DNA from: Macrostomum lignano
Lineage: Eukaryota
Assembly (NCBI GenBank): GCA_002269645.1
Contig: NIVC01001421.1
Span: 1-44,247, forward strand
Direction: 5' to 3'
Length of the DNA stretch: 44,247 bases
Shown here: in pieces, positions 1-12,775 of the stretch
How positions within the stretch are numbered: position 1 is the stretch's first letter
How the letters are laid out: each line of letters starts with the position of its first letter
The notes under the pieces: model-generated
Database searches by the model: none
What the model was told of the DNA's origin: nothing
Seen by the model: only the letters and a program-made list of their open reading frames with translations
Made by a program: the position numbers and the translations under genes

Positions 1-320
1 CTCGTTCATAGAGGGCTTTGGTAACTCGGTCATAGGGCTTTGGTCAACTCGGTCATAGGGGCTTTGGTCATCTCGGTCAAGGGGCTTGGCCAACTCGGTC
101 ATAGGCTTGGCACCTCGGTCATAGGAGCTTGGCCAACTCGGTCATAGGGCTTGGCAACTCGGTCATAGGGGCTTTGGCATCTCGGTCATTAGGGCTTTGT
201 CATCGGTCATAGGGGCTTTGGTATCTCGTCATTAGGGCTTTGGTCATCTCGGTATCAGCGACTTTGGTCATCTCGGTCATAGGGCTTTGGTCTGGTCATC
301 TCGGGTCATAGGGGCTTGGC
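1..320. repeat. Degenerate ~20-21 bp minisatellite (CTCGGTCATAGGGCTTTGGTCAT-like), truncated by the window edge
   Basis: About 15 imperfect tandem copies read directly from the sequence. Confidence 0.9.
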
Positions 321-3061
321 CACCTTCTGGCCCCATTATAAGGACTTGATCATCTTTGAATGAATAGAGATTTAATGAGTTAATCTCTTTTAGTGAGTTA
401 AAATGAATAGAGATAATAACTAATCTCTTGGTTATTTGGACCTGGACAATTATAACGCGGTTAAATCGGCAGCGAAGCAAAGACGTGTATTGATATATCC
501 TATTCCCCATATGCACCCCACAGACCTGAGCATCAGTACATTGGTCCGATGGCCGATCGCAGGAGCACCTTCGACTGCGCTGTCAGCTGGAGAACGGGAC
601 TGTCACATCTGGTGTCGGCGGATTCAGGACAGACTACTGCAGACTGTCATCCTGTAGATCACAATGTACATCTACGCGCTTGTAGGAGGCGATTTGCTGT
701 AAAATTATACAAGCATTTCTCACGAATCTGTTGAAATGATCAGATTGAGTGATATTGCTCGATTTGTAAAATATGACAGTTATGTATGAATATAGTGCTG
801 CAGTTTTCTCTGAACTATACTTCTAATTGCATAGTTGCAATCTCAAGTGAATGCTTTGAATCAATTGTTTCTAGAATACTATTACTAAATAATCTATCGA
901 TTTGTTAACAACGGGCGATAATCATCGCACTGTGCTTATATAGATTTTGTTTTGTCGCCTGAAATTTTTGCGCTTTGTGTTTCATTTATGATAGAATTTG
1001 TAACTAAGTGTATTTATTATGACGAATTTCGGATCTCGGATCTCGTTAAAAATCGATGCGGTTTTTAACGATTCTTGTCTCATTGTCGGTCCAGTAGAGA
1101 GATCCGATAGAGAAACCGGCTCAATCGGCCACCGCTTCCATTTCAGAGCCTTAAGTTCACATGAAATCCCCATTTTTCCCCATTTATCCCATGCGGAAGC
1201 GGCCGGAGTGGAAGAAAGATCAATTACGCTTTTCTTGTCTATTTTGGGTCTGAATAGTGAGAATTTCGCAGCGGTTTGGTTGCCTGACTCACGGCTTCCA
1301 AATCGCGCTTAAGTTCACATCCTCTTTTGATTATTATTAACTCAGTTACAGTGAGAGTTAGACTAAGCTGTGTACATTACCTCGTAGCCCCGAGGTAAAG
1401 AAACTGCTATTTTACTCGCACCTATGGCGAATGTCAGTTGAACTCGCGGCAGAAAAGTTTTCGTTCGAATTACGCATGTTTCCTTTTTTGATGTACATGT
1501 ACATTTACGTATTACGTATTACGTTGTCGTTATAAGAATTGAATTCGTGCTTTCTTATTTGAGATTTATTTTAGCCTTCAATAATAAGCTGGAATAGATG
1601 CTTAACAGGGAGGGTACCGTATGAAGGTAGGATATTGATTGTTAGCTTACGTGATGGATAAAATGTAAAATTTTAACATGGACTATACTGCAGAATTCCA
1701 TGGAGACCAAATCTAAACAAGTTAGCTAGCGGATTTTAAATGGACCATCGACGTGTAAATTCCGATGGCTCTAGTGAGTTGACCGTAGGCTATTAGCAGA
1801 AATACTGTTTGAATAGAACTACTTTATTTTTAAATCCATTCAGTTCAATCCAGAGAGCTTTAGTAAAAAAATAATTTATAGCAACGTCCTAAGGGCTACG
1901 CCTATTTTTGTATCAGTTCATGGACACGCTTAACGGTTTGCACGTTTTTTGGCGGGGAGCCGTCTGTTATTGTCTAATTGTTTGAAACGAAGCTGTTTAC
2001 CAAAAAAAGTCCTAAGAGTTCAAAGCAAGAGACTTCTATTTTCATGCTCTAAAAATAAAGAAGGCTGTGCAATGAAGATGGAGGTCTAGATTTTATTTAG
2101 TCCGCAGAAATCTACACACGAAAGTTTGTTTTTGATGCAGTGAATGTACACCGAAAGTCGAAGTTCCATTTTTTATGTACACGACGGTTAAAGTTCAAAT
2201 CTGACATGACGAAAACAAACTTCACATGAGTCTATCCACCTGTTTTTGGCTCTTATGTAAACAGTTAAATAATATAGCGAAAGAAAACAAACTGAAGTGT
2301 TTTCGTTGAAAACCGAAAATAGAAGTTCCCTTTTCACACTATAAAAAGAGCATGATTTTAGTGGATAGACTTGGCTAACCTACACAGTTTCTATTGCCAT
2401 TGCTTTCACCTGAGAGACTTTTAATCTTCATACATTTGCTATCGAGGAAGTAACATCAAATTTTCGTAAGTAGCCATCATATTTGTAAGTTTTACAGCAA
2501 TTAATTCCAGCTTTATTGCAAGCATCTGCCATGCATTTGTGTGTCGATTTCTAGTATTTTTTAAACTTCAAGATAATAAACTTAATTTTGAACCTTCCAT
2601 TGATTTCGCTTGTTGTTGTATATTAACAGAGAAGACATACCAGTAGAGTATGCCCCCAGCCCAATGTTTTGTTGTCTAGGGCACAGCCTATTATTTTATA
2701 ATAAATTATTAACTACATGCATCCCAAGAGGAGATAATCTACCGGAGGAATACGATAGCTCGAACCGCTTAAGCGAACCATTGCCTTCTTACTTAAATGT
2801 AGCAGCTCCAGGTCGGAGCAGAAGACATAACACTTGTATATACTGGCTTTGTTCCGAAATAGGAGTTCAGAATGCCCAAACTTAAGAAGAAAGCTGTGAA
2901 TTTACTAAACCGCTAGAGCCGTAAAAATTTGAAAGTGCATCTGGTCTCTTTTTCGAGAAGCTGAGAGTCTAAACACTGGAAGGTCATTTGGCATAGAGGC
3001 TAGCAGACACAACAGTTTTCAGACAGGAGCAGTCGCCACAGATTCTATGGTGGGCGCGGGG

Positions 3062-3420
3062 GCTTGACTTACTTGACTTTAGCTGCAGGGGGCGTCGTCC
3101 GTCGGTACAGCGAGGACGCGACGGAGACTGCCGGCCCCTGGCTACCAATAACTTCCAGCGAAGTGATGTCGCTCAGGAGGACCCGTCGGTCTCGCCTGCA
3201 GCGCGGCCCCTCCTCACCAGCGGTGGGGGATAAATCAGCTCGCCCTGTGTCCCTTGGGGTACCCGTCGAGCACGGGTATGCTCTCGGGCCTACTAACGTC
3301 GGAGAGAACGGGGTTGGGCCCGAGGTGAGTAGTGAGCCTGGCCCTGTTGAAAACCGGGCTGTGGCAGATAAGGGCGCGAGAGAGAAAGCACACAAAGTCC
3401 CCAAATTTGTAGGGCCCCTC
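3062..3420 (-). mobile_element. 5'-truncated non-LTR retrotransposon 3' end (degenerate CCHC-knuckle region, 3' UTR, AAGTC/TAAGTC tail)
   Basis: Minus strand ends ...CCCCCTGCAGCTAAAGTCAAGTAAGTCAAG. It translates ALICHSPVFNRARL..LSDVSRPES, which aligns by eye with HFICKCPAFTQDRL..LSHVFRPKN at ~18290. The shared DNA block AAGGG(A/C)CACAGGGCGAGC occurs in both copies. Confidence 0.65.
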
Positions 3421-3684
3421 AGCGATCCATTTGGCGCCTGGCTAGTGCTCTAAGCAATCGTGTCTGGTGCCGCAGATGTAATGCATGCAGCTATTCCATA
3501 AATGTCTCCTAAACACTCAGTAAATTACATTGTTTTAACCCGCCACAGGAGCAACATGTAGAATCTATCAAGGAATAACTTAAAAGCTTCTGGATAAATT
3601 TATTTTTACAAAATGGAAAGGTAGAATGCAGTGATCTATTAGTATCCATTTTCCCGTTTACAAAAACTTTAACAGGGCGAGTCG

Positions 3685-6600
3685 ATGTCTGGAGAAACCG
3701 AGACACAAAAGCGGTTTAACGGCCTCGTCTCAGATTTGGGCCTGTCAAAATGGTTTCCAGGAAGACTTATTGCCGAGACTGCAATCGCGATTAGGCCAGC
3801 TGACTTGGATAAACCAGGCTTGCAGTTTGTCCGGCAAATCATTGGTTGTCTAGGAAAGGTACGAGATGAACTTCCTTTGCACCAAGAGCAGGATTGCACA
3901 AGCAAGATTGATTGTCAGCAGCAGGAGGATGGTTGGGACGAAGATGAAGACGAAGGAGATCAGTCTGGAGACGTGAATCCACTGGATGTCTTACTGACAG
4001 TTTTTGTCTGCTGCAGCGAGGACCTGAAGCAGCTGATCTGTCATAGGCTGTTCTATTGCAAGCTGGCTATTCCATTCATATATAAAGATGAGACAGACAG
4101 GTGGGTGTCAAACCACAGCAACCTGAGACCCATTGCCATCGAGTACAAAGATAAGCAGGGTAAAGCTATAGAAATGCCTATATTTTCGGACCGAGAAGTA
4201 TTTTGCGTCGCCTTCGTGCGCATTGGCGAACACTCTGTGTCGAAGTCCAAGATACTGAACTATATATTAAGCGATGGAAAGCATGACACGTTCTTCAATC
4301 GAGAGAGTAAAAATGGATCGGCGAGAGTGAAGTACTCAAGAGGACTTATTGAAACAGCTGTGTACATTCCACCCGGAGACGGAAGTGACCCTTTTGTTGC
4401 TCTTAATCTGAGAGGTGACGTCACTGAAAATCCGGAGCTATCCGGTGTGCTTTCCAAGTGCTCCAGTACTCTAGTTTGCATGGTTGCTGTAGAAGACGCG
4501 TTGCAGAACGCTTCTCGACTCCAGGAGTTGGCTGCTGAGGCAAACAATATGGTTCTGGTTCTAACAAAAAGAGACTCCAATACTAAAGCTGACTCTGACT
4601 TTAAAAACTGTCTCCGTAAAAGCATAAGCGGCGTTTGGAATAGAGCGACGGTTGTTCTGGCATTCAAAGCCAAGACAATCAAGAGCTGTCGGGAGATTCA
4701 GGCCGAAGTTACGAACGTTTTACGGCAAAAAATGGGCCCCTCAAAGATCATTTCCGAGCAATTAAAATCCACTGGTCTTTTCCCAATGGACTCAGGAGAT
4801 GGCGGACAAAGCCCAGCTCAACTGGCATCACTTGTGACGCAAAACTTTCGCTCCTATGAAAGCAAGACGAAATTTAAGAACGAGTTTCTGCCGTTGCACA
4901 TGCAACTGTGGCAAGAATACAGCAAACTGTACAAAGAGACATTTTCTGCAAAAGCTCAAAAGGAAAATCTCGCAAAGATGCAAGAGCGAATGCTTGAAAT
5001 CAGAAACAAACAAGTCGAACTGTGCATGCAGTTTTCCCCCATCATCAGGGATTTATTCTCGAGTCTAAATGCTGCTGCGAGCCAGAGTGAGGAAATGGTA
5101 GGGGCCATCGTACTGCTAGAAGGAATCAAGCAACGATTCTATGAATGTTGCCTTGAAGTTGTTCCGCCGCTCCAGAGAGCATTTCTGGAAGCCAAAGAAA
5201 AGCATGACGCATGCCAGAGTGAGACTGAGATTGAAGCGCTACGGCAGAAATTACAAGAAGCTGAGAAGGAGCTGGTGAATGCATCGCTTGACTTGAACAG
5301 TCTATTTAGAGAAGCCGGCCAGATCTACGAGGCAAGCCAGGAAAATTCAACCGTGTTTACACCTCGCCTAAGGGACGAAGTATTGAATTTGCCAGACACG
5401 TTTGCAAAGCTGCTACTTCACGGAATGCCACTGGAGATTTTGGATGGCGATTCCAGCAACATCCCAATTTTTTGGATATCCGCAGTGCTTCGGGCTTGTC
5501 ACAAGCTTGTTGGCGAGAAGAAACTCTTCATCATTTCCGTGCTAGGAGTGCAGAGCTCGGGCAAGTCCACTCTTCTAAACACCATGTTTGGCCTGCGGTT
5601 TCCCGTGAGTGCCGGCCGATGTACGAGGGGTGCCTACCTCCAGCTAGTGAAAGTGTCTCCCGAAGCACGTCTACCTTTTGACTATGTCGCTATTCTCGAC
5701 ACCGAGGGTCTGAAAGCTCCAGAGCTGGGCATTTCGAGTCCTCGTCACGACAATGAGCTTGCAACTCTCGTCATTGGCTTGGGCGATGTTTCCATAATAA
5801 ACATTAAAGGTGAGAACTCTTCCGACATGAAGGAGATATTGCCCATCGCAGTGAATGCGTTTCTGCGCATGCGCCAAGTGAACAAGAAGCTGGAAATTCA
5901 GCGAAGCTGCATCTTCATTCACCAGAACGTCTCTGCTATTTCTGCCAAGGAGAAGATGGAAGAAGCCACTGCGGTGATGAAGAAGAGCTTGGACGACTTT
6001 ACTAGAGAGGCCGCGGAAGGTGAAGGCCTCGCGGATGTGAAAACTTTCAACCAGATTATTTCATTCGACAGCAAAATGGACATTTTCTTCTTGCCTGACC
6101 TCTGGTTCGGGGATCCGCCCATGGCCTCAGTGAATCCGGGCTATGCAGAGAAGGTGCAGGTGATTCGAGACCACATCATGTTTCAAATGGCATTGAAGCA
6201 GAAAACGTATGTCAGTTTTAATGATTTCACTATTCGAATCGGTGATATGTGGAAGGCTATTATGTCAGAAGACTTTGTCTTCAGCTTTAGGAACAGCATC
6301 GAAATGAAGGCTTACATTCAAATGGAGCTGGCTCTTATTGATTGCAAAGACCAGATCGATGATTTCGGAAACGACTGGCTGCACAAGACGGCGTTCGTAC
6401 AACTCAGGAATGCCTCCAGTGAGGAGAGCCTCTTTGCCGTAAAACAGAGTCTTCAGCAAGAGATGAGTGAGTCAATGAGCAGCATTCTTTCCAGAACAAA
6501 AGAACAATTGGAGCAATACTTCGAAGAAGACTCTTACAAAGAGCACAGCGTTCAATGGAAGTCGGGAAGCCTCTTGGCTTTGGACCGGGCGTGCAACTTG

Positions 6601-8436
6601 AAGCAGGAAGAGCTTCATGATCGAATTAAAGATGAATTGAAAATCCAGCGGCTAGAGATCAACCAGGCAGCAAAGCACAAACAATGGGAGAGCACTGCCC
6701 TCCAAAAAGCGAAAGATTTGGCCCAAAAAATGACCGGTTCCAAAATCTCAGAAGAGGAGTTAAAACAATGCTTCGATATTCTGTGGGAGACAATAATAAG
6801 CGAGCTACCCACTGAGCAGCCGCATGACGCTGCTCCGATTGATGAGCAGATTGAGAGATTGCTACAAGACTTGTTCCACAAGGATGTCTCCATATTAAAA
6901 GCTCAGCTTCAGCAGACTCCACTTAGCCAGACAATGTCTGAAGACGATTTTGAGCTGTTTCTATCCGACTGCATCGAAGAAATTAGCTACACTAACGAAG
7001 CCGCCCCAACAGCTCGAAGCAAGGCTTTCACAGCAGGCGGTAAAGCGTTTAAATCTGCCCAACTGCTGCTCCGTGACACTGCCAAGAAGGACTCTGGGTT
7101 CTACATTGCTGACGCCCGGAAGATTTTGGCTGAGGTCATAAGAGTTTTGCGAGATGAGCGAAGCAATCTGGCTAACGACGGCATCGGCCTTACAGCGGCC
7201 TTTGAGATCAAAGTGTCTATCGGAATCTGCAAACTTGCCATTCCCACGTTTGAAAAGATCAACGAAGCTTATCGAGCAAAGCTTAGTATTGCGGCGCGGC
7301 TTCAGACTCTGAAGGAGAAGATCTGGAATCTCTTCAAAAATATGGTAGCCAGCAAGGCTGGTGAAAAGATTTCGGCCGATTTCGTCCGGGATCATTTGGC
7401 TGGCCTGATCAAGGCGGCCGTCTTGGAGAGAATGGCTGACAAGCTGAAAGCTCATGTGCGTAACCAGATAGGAAAGCATAAATATTACCTTATAGTCATG
7501 ATGCTGACAGAGTGGGCCGACAAGGATAATTTCCGATCGATCATATCTTACATAGAAAACTCCAAAGTGGCCGCCCTTGAATGGCTCACTGCCTTCATCG
7601 ATCGCTTTCTGTTCACTCGAAACGAAGCGCAGAGGACGGCCTTCTCAGAGATCGTGGAAGCTGATGTCGCCGCATCAATCTTTAAAACAGCTCACGATTC
7701 ATGCGATCAAGCATGCAAAGCAATGGCGGGGAGGTCTGGAGACGATTGCATGAAGGAGTGGAGCGAAGACTTCTGCCAGCGCATGTCCCGAGAGCTGGCC
7801 GTGAAAGCCGAAGACTTTGCCGAGATATTCACGCAGCCGATTGGCGACTTCTCCGACTTCTCAGAGTGCCTGAAAGAAGGCCTGCGCGTCAACTCTCGTC
7901 AACTGACGGAGTGGCTGAGCACACTGGATGAAAGCTCAGTGCAATGGCCTGGCAAAAGTACTCTGTACTCTGCTGTGCTTGACAGCCTGTGGGGCTGCGA
8001 TGCTCAGTGCCCGTTCTGCAATGAGCCGTGCTCCAATGCGTCCGCTGAACACCAAGAGTTCTCTCACAAATGCATCCAGCACAGACCCCAGTGTACTGCC
8101 GGAATGCGCAGAGTTGGATCGAACCAGGCAGTACCGGACACGTGTGGCTTCAGCATTAATGATCAAAGAATGAGATTTGGCTGCGTAAAATGTGAAAAGA
8201 ATGGAGTGCATATGTTTACTTACCATCCATACAAAGAATACAAGAAGTTCTTTCCCTCGTGGGACATTGCTCCTGACGCATCAAACACTGGTTCGAAATT
8301 CTGGATGTGGTTTGTCTGGACTTTTAGAGAGAAATTAAAAGAACAGTACGATTACAAAATTGACGAACTTCCTGGTGCTTGGGCCGCCGTCACCAAGGAC
8401 GCCGCGCAGCAGAGCCTGAGAGAACTGCTGAATTAA
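3685..8436 (+). CDS. Very large inducible GTPase-like protein (VLIG/GVIN1/URG4 family), 1583 aa, uninterrupted ORF
   Basis: G1 LGVQSSGKSTLLN, FPVSAGRCTRG, G3 DTEG, HDNELATLVIGLGDVSIINIKGE, G4-like HQNV, and the VLIG-type Cys/His-rich C-terminus WGCDAQCPFCNEPC..H..H..IQHRP. A candidate acceptor (TTTAACAG, 3675) lies 9 nt before the ATG, so upstream exons are possible. Confidence 0.9.
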   Translation: MSGETETQKRFNGLVSDLGLSKWFPGRLIAETAIAIRPADLDKPGLQFVRQIIGCLGKVRDELPLHQEQDCTSKIDCQQQEDGWDEDEDEGDQSGDVNPLDVLLTVFVCCSEDLKQLICHRLFYCKLAIPFIYKDETDRWVSNHSNLRPIAIEYKDKQGKAIEMPIFSDREVFCVAFVRIGEHSVSKSKILNYILSDGKHDTFFNRESKNGSARVKYSRGLIETAVYIPPGDGSDPFVALNLRGDVTENPELSGVLSKCSSTLVCMVAVEDALQNASRLQELAAEANNMVLVLTKRDSNTKADSDFKNCLRKSISGVWNRATVVLAFKAKTIKSCREIQAEVTNVLRQKMGPSKIISEQLKSTGLFPMDSGDGGQSPAQLASLVTQNFRSYESKTKFKNEFLPLHMQLWQEYSKLYKETFSAKAQKENLAKMQERMLEIRNKQVELCMQFSPIIRDLFSSLNAAASQSEEMVGAIVLLEGIKQRFYECCLEVVPPLQRAFLEAKEKHDACQSETEIEALRQKLQEAEKELVNASLDLNSLFREAGQIYEASQENSTVFTPRLRDEVLNLPDTFAKLLLHGMPLEILDGDSSNIPIFWISAVLRACHKLVGEKKLFIISVLGVQSSGKSTLLNTMFGLRFPVSAGRCTRGAYLQLVKVSPEARLPFDYVAILDTEGLKAPELGISSPRHDNELATLVIGLGDVSIINIKGENSSDMKEILPIAVNAFLRMRQVNKKLEIQRSCIFIHQNVSAISAKEKMEEATAVMKKSLDDFTREAAEGEGLADVKTFNQIISFDSKMDIFFLPDLWFGDPPMASVNPGYAEKVQVIRDHIMFQMALKQKTYVSFNDFTIRIGDMWKAIMSEDFVFSFRNSIEMKAYIQMELALIDCKDQIDDFGNDWLHKTAFVQLRNASSEESLFAVKQSLQQEMSESMSSILSRTKEQLEQYFEEDSYKEHSVQWKSGSLLALDRACNLKQEELHDRIKDELKIQRLEINQAAKHKQWESTALQKAKDLAQKMTGSKISEEELKQCFDILWETIISELPTEQPHDAAPIDEQIERLLQDLFHKDVSILKAQLQQTPLSQTMSEDDFELFLSDCIEEISYTNEAAPTARSKAFTAGGKAFKSAQLLLRDTAKKDSGFYIADARKILAEVIRVLRDERSNLANDGIGLTAAFEIKVSIGICKLAIPTFEKINEAYRAKLSIAARLQTLKEKIWNLFKNMVASKAGEKISADFVRDHLAGLIKAAVLERMADKLKAHVRNQIGKHKYYLIVMMLTEWADKDNFRSIISYIENSKVAALEWLTAFIDRFLFTRNEAQRTAFSEIVEADVAASIFKTAHDSCDQACKAMAGRSGDDCMKEWSEDFCQRMSRELAVKAEDFAEIFTQPIGDFSDFSECLKEGLRVNSRQLTEWLSTLDESSVQWPGKSTLYSAVLDSLWGCDAQCPFCNEPCSNASAEHQEFSHKCIQHRPQCTAGMRRVGSNQAVPDTCGFSINDQRMRFGCVKCEKNGVHMFTYHPYKEYKKFFPSWDIAPDASNTGSKFWMWFVWTFREKLKEQYDYKIDELPGAWAAVTKDAAQQSLRELLN

Positions 8437-9474
8437 TTCATATTTTATTATTTATCTCCAATATTGACTGACAATACAATGTGGGATTCGAGAACTGTTT
8501 CAGCCTAAAGTTGGTGGTAGAGCTATCAGAATTTTATGCCATCCAGGATAGGTGTTCCCAAATGAGCTTAGGAATAATAGACTCAACAGTTTGACACAGA
8601 GTTGATCTTTGTTTTGAATGGAGGAGTAGCACTCATCTATGGTGAAATTTTCATGATCGTTCATGCGTGGTAACTGTCACGTTATTAAATTCATGTTTCA
8701 ATGTAATCATGTTTTCAGCTGGACTAATCTACTATACCTACATGTACATTTAGTGTGCAGTTACATGTTTAACTCCGAATGCAGGGGCCGACATCATGAA
8801 GGAAGTTCTAGTTGACGAGTGATATTTCTCACGATTCTCACAGTTTAATGATGAATTTTATTGCATCACAGTTGTACTTTCTTTATGAAATCGGCCCCAG
8901 AAGTTTTCCAGCGTTTATTCGACTTCAATACTTTGCACTCTTTCTAACCTATATTCCATATTATTTGGTCTGTAGCTACCTTTCCTTGTTAAGCTTACAG
9001 CTTAGTGACATTAGCATGCAAACCAAGTAACTTTTTGTTTCTAACTTTTACTAAATAACCGCATGCTGTTCATGTTTTTCTGTTTTACTGGATAATATTT
9101 TTCGAGAACTAATGCTCTGTGTAAAAACTTTCCAAAATTTTCTATTATCGAAACTTTATAACCGATTGCTTTATGAGCTTTTAAAACTATTTTATTCAGA
9201 CAAGACACAAAATCTTTTCTATTGTTAACAATAATCTCGCTCACTTTGCAAATTGAAGTACTTTCTCTATCAACATACACCAATATGCTACTACAACTGA
9301 GTAGCAAGTTTTGCTTGTCAATACATATTTTTCTTCACAGTCTTGGCTTTTCATTGGCTGTCGGAGCAAAGAAACTTTATTGGACATGAATATTATCAAG
9401 TGGAATTTTACTGAAGTGTTCTGAAATGAAATAAATAGTTCTTCTTAAATTATTGACACATACAGAATTATCAA

Positions 9475-9716
9475 GACTGAGACAGAACATCTAGATAAAT
9501 CAAAAACACTAGGAAATAAAAGATAAAACACTAGGATATAACAAATAGAAAACTAAGATAGTACAGATAGAACACTAAGATAGTACAGATAGAACACTAG
9601 GATAGAACAGACAGAACACAAGGATAGAACAGATAGAACACTAGGATAGAACAGATAGAACACTAGGATAGAACAGATAGAACAATAGGATAGAACAGAT
9701 AAAACAGATAGAACAC
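9475..9716. repeat. Degenerate ~22-bp AG-rich tandem repeat (AGAACACTAGGATAGAACAGAT)
   Basis: Tandem copies run to within 7 nt of the ATG at 9723. Confidence 0.8.
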
Positions 9717-9722
9717 AGCTCG

Positions 9723-10200
9723 ATGCCACGTTCGCTGCCGGCGGCCACCAAAACTGACCGGCTGCTGTCGAATCGCCGACGCGCAGAAGCCTCGGCCGCC
9801 GCGGTCGCCGCCGTCGTCCGCCGCCTCTGCGCCTGCTGGTCCCTGGCCAGCGGCCTCACGGCAGCCGCAGCCGCCGCCGGCCTCCTCCTGCCGCAGTGGC
9901 TGCGCGGCACCCGCGGCCCGGCGCGCCACCCGAGCGACCTCGGGCTGTTCCGAGTCTGCGCCTATCCGCGCCTGGCCGCCGACGGTCTCAGTGTGCTTAT
10001 GTCGACCGACTGCGGGCACTACCGGCGCCTCACTGACCTACCTGTGGTGCCGTGGCGCGCCGCTTTCGCATTACTGGCCGGCGCCGCCTGCCTGCACCTG
10101 CTGCTGGCCTGCCTGCTGGCCATGTGCGCCGTCAGACCGCCGGCCGCGCCGTCACTGGCGCTGCTGCCGCGCGCCTGCGCTATCGGACAGGCTGTCGGTG
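9723..10200 (+). CDS. LHFPL-family (claudin-like tetraspan) gene, exon 1
   Basis: TM1 followed by PQWL..DLGLFRVC..C GHY..L..LPVVPWRAAFALL (LHFPL W-GLF-C-C-Y-IP..W signature). Donor G|GTGAGA at 10201, phase 1. Confidence 0.8.
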
Positions 10201-10414
10201 GTGAGAGAGCCGACATGTATTGAAAATATACTTTCTACAGATAATGATGTTTATGATACCGAGCTCTTTAATCTAATCAATTAAACTAGTCTCATTTATA
10301 GCGTCTGCTTTCTACTTTTATATTTTAAATTTTATTAATCATCTGAACGTCTTTTTTAATGTATGCTTTTGTGCTCTGCTGTCTGCTTCGCCTTGCATGC
10401 TTCTATATTCCTTG

Positions 10415-11115
10415 CTAACCCTGTCTGCTTCCATGCTAATCCTGACTGCTTCCATGCTAACCCTGTCTGCTTCCATGCTTTACCCTGTCTGCTTCAATGC
10501 TAAACCCTGTCTGCTTCCATGCTTAACCCTGTCTGCTTCCATGCTTAACCCTGTCTGCTTCCATGCTTAACCCTGTCTGCTTCCATGCTTTACCCTGTCT
10601 GCTTCCATGCTTGGCCCTGTCTGCTTCCATGCTTTACCCTGTCTGCTTCCATGCTTGGCCCTGTCTGCTTCCATGCTTAACCCTGTCTGCTTCCATGCTT
10701 AACCTTGTCTGCTTCCATGCTTAACCCTGTCTGCTTCCATGCTTAACCTTGTCTGCTTCCATGCTTTACCCTGTCTGCTTCCATGCTTAACCCTGTCTGC
10801 TTCCATGCTTTACCCTGTCTGCTTCCATGCTTGGCCCTGTCTGCTTCCATGCTTAACCCTGTCTGCTTCCATGCTTAACCTTGTCTGCTTCCATGCTTAA
10901 CCCTGTCTGCTTCCATGCTTAACCTTGTCTGCTTCCATGCTTTACCCTGTCTGCTTCCATGCTTGGCCCTGTCTGCTTCCATGCTTTACCCTGTCTGCTT
11001 CCATGCTTTACCCTGTCTGCTTCCATGCTTAACCCTGTCTGCTTCCATGCTTGGTCCCGTCTGCTTCCATGCTTAACCTTGTCTGCTTCCATGCTTAACC
11101 CTGTCTGCTTCCATG
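10415..11115. repeat. 22-bp minisatellite (CTGTCTGCTTCCATGCTTAACC) in LHFPL intron 1
   Basis: About 31 near-identical tandem copies, with variants at the TAA/TTA/TGG position. Confidence 0.95.
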
Positions 11116-11829
11116 TAATTTTGTTGCAATCCCCATGCAGTACTAGAGAGTCTACTTCCAATTCTTACAGCTGCTTCTTCCATAACAAGCAAAGGCACAG
11201 TGAATGAAATTCTAGACTACTGGGCGGTGCAAGACTGTGCGGTCAGTGAGGGAATAAATTCAACAGGAGCTGCCGCAGCTCAACGTGGGGACGCTGAGAA
11301 AAATTGAGAGATAGATTGTCAACGGCTCTAGTTCTCTTTCTTTAGAAGAAGATCGCCTGCGAAAGGAGATTGAAGAGAGAGAGAGAGAGAGGGACGGAGA
11401 GAGACGGAGAGAGACTGAGAGAGAGAACCACAAATTCTATTTGTTAGCCAGCGCAGCCCCTGGAGACTGGGGAGAAAGAGGCAAAGGACGGACTCGAGTT
11501 TCTCCCAAAACCCCAACTGGCTCAGCACACAGAGAAACGAAGGCCCAGGGATTATTCTCCCGTTTCTAAAGAGAGAGAAATCTTTCGAAAAATCCCAGCA
11601 TTTTCCTTTCCCAGCTTTATAGTTTAATTATTCGAGGGGAACTCGGAGGGGAAGAGAAGCGCAAGGGTCTCGGGGATAACACTGTTGCCGTTGCTGGGAT
11701 GTGGACCATTTAATCTGAGAGAGCTCGCTGCAGCAATATAACTTTCTTTCATGCATTGGAAGTTCAAATCGAGTGTCTGTAGCCGGACACACGAAATGGC
11801 CCTCATTTTTACCACAGGCAGTGTGGTGG

Positions 11830-12715
11830 GTGAGGGTCAGACAGTGACGGAGTGAGGCGGGTGAGGGTCAGACAGTGATGGAGTGAGGTGGGGGAGGGTC
11901 AGACAGTGATGGAGTGAGGGGGTGAGGGTCAGACAGTGATGGAGTGAGGTGGGTGAGGGTCAGACAGTGATGGAGTGAGGTGGGGGAGGGTCAGACAGTG
12001 ATGGAGTGAGGGGGTGAGGGTCAGACAGTGATGGAGTGAGGTGGGTGAGGGTCAGACAGTGATGGAGTGAGGTGGGTGAGGGTCAGACAGTGATGGAGTG
12101 AGGTTGGTGAGGGTCAGACAGTGATACAGTGAGGTGGGTGAGGGTCAGACAGTGATGGAGTGAGGCGGGTGAGGGTCAGACAGTGATGGAGTGAGGCGGA
12201 TGAGGGTCAGACAGTGATGGAGTGAGGCGGGTGAGGGTCAGACAGTGATGGAGTGAGGCGGGTGAGGGTCAGACAGTGATGGAGTGAGGCGGGTGAGAGT
12301 CAGACAGTGATGGAGTGAGGCGGGTGAGAGTCAGACAGTGATGGAGTGAGGCGGATGAGGGTCAGACAGTGATGGAGTGAGGCGGGTGAGGGTCAGGCAG
12401 TGATGGAGTGAGGCGGGTGAGGGTCAGACAGGGAAGGAGTGAGGCGGATGAGGGTCAGACAGTGATGGAGTGAGGCGGGTGAGGGTCAGACAGTGATGGA
12501 GTGAGGCGGGTGAGGGTCAGACAGTGATGGAGTGAGGCGGGTGAGAGTCAGACAGTGATGGAGTGAGGCGGATGAGGGTCAGACAGTGATGGAGTGAGGC
12601 GGGTGAGAGTCAGACAGTGATGGAGTGAGGCGGGTGAGGGTCAGACAGTGATGGAGTGAGGCGGATGAGGGTCAGACAGTGATGGAGTGAGGCGGGTGAG
12701 GGTCAGACAGGGAAG
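11830..12715. repeat. 31-bp G-rich minisatellite (GTGAGGGTCAGACAGTGATGGAGTGAGGCGG) in LHFPL intron 1
   Basis: About 28 tandem copies, period 31 by offset counting. Confidence 0.95.
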
Positions 12716-12775
12716 GAATAAATCAAGAATCCAGACACGGAACCAACATTTTGCGCCGCCTCATCCCGCACGCAG

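Noticed and set aside
2230-2371. 11-bp inverted repeat AGTCTATCCAC/GTGGATAGACT
   Set aside because: Short, with no TSD or second copy seen, so insufficient for a MITE call.
10415-12715. Regular repeats resembling CRISPR arrays
   Set aside because: Head-to-tail units without unique spacers, no cas genes, eukaryotic intron context.
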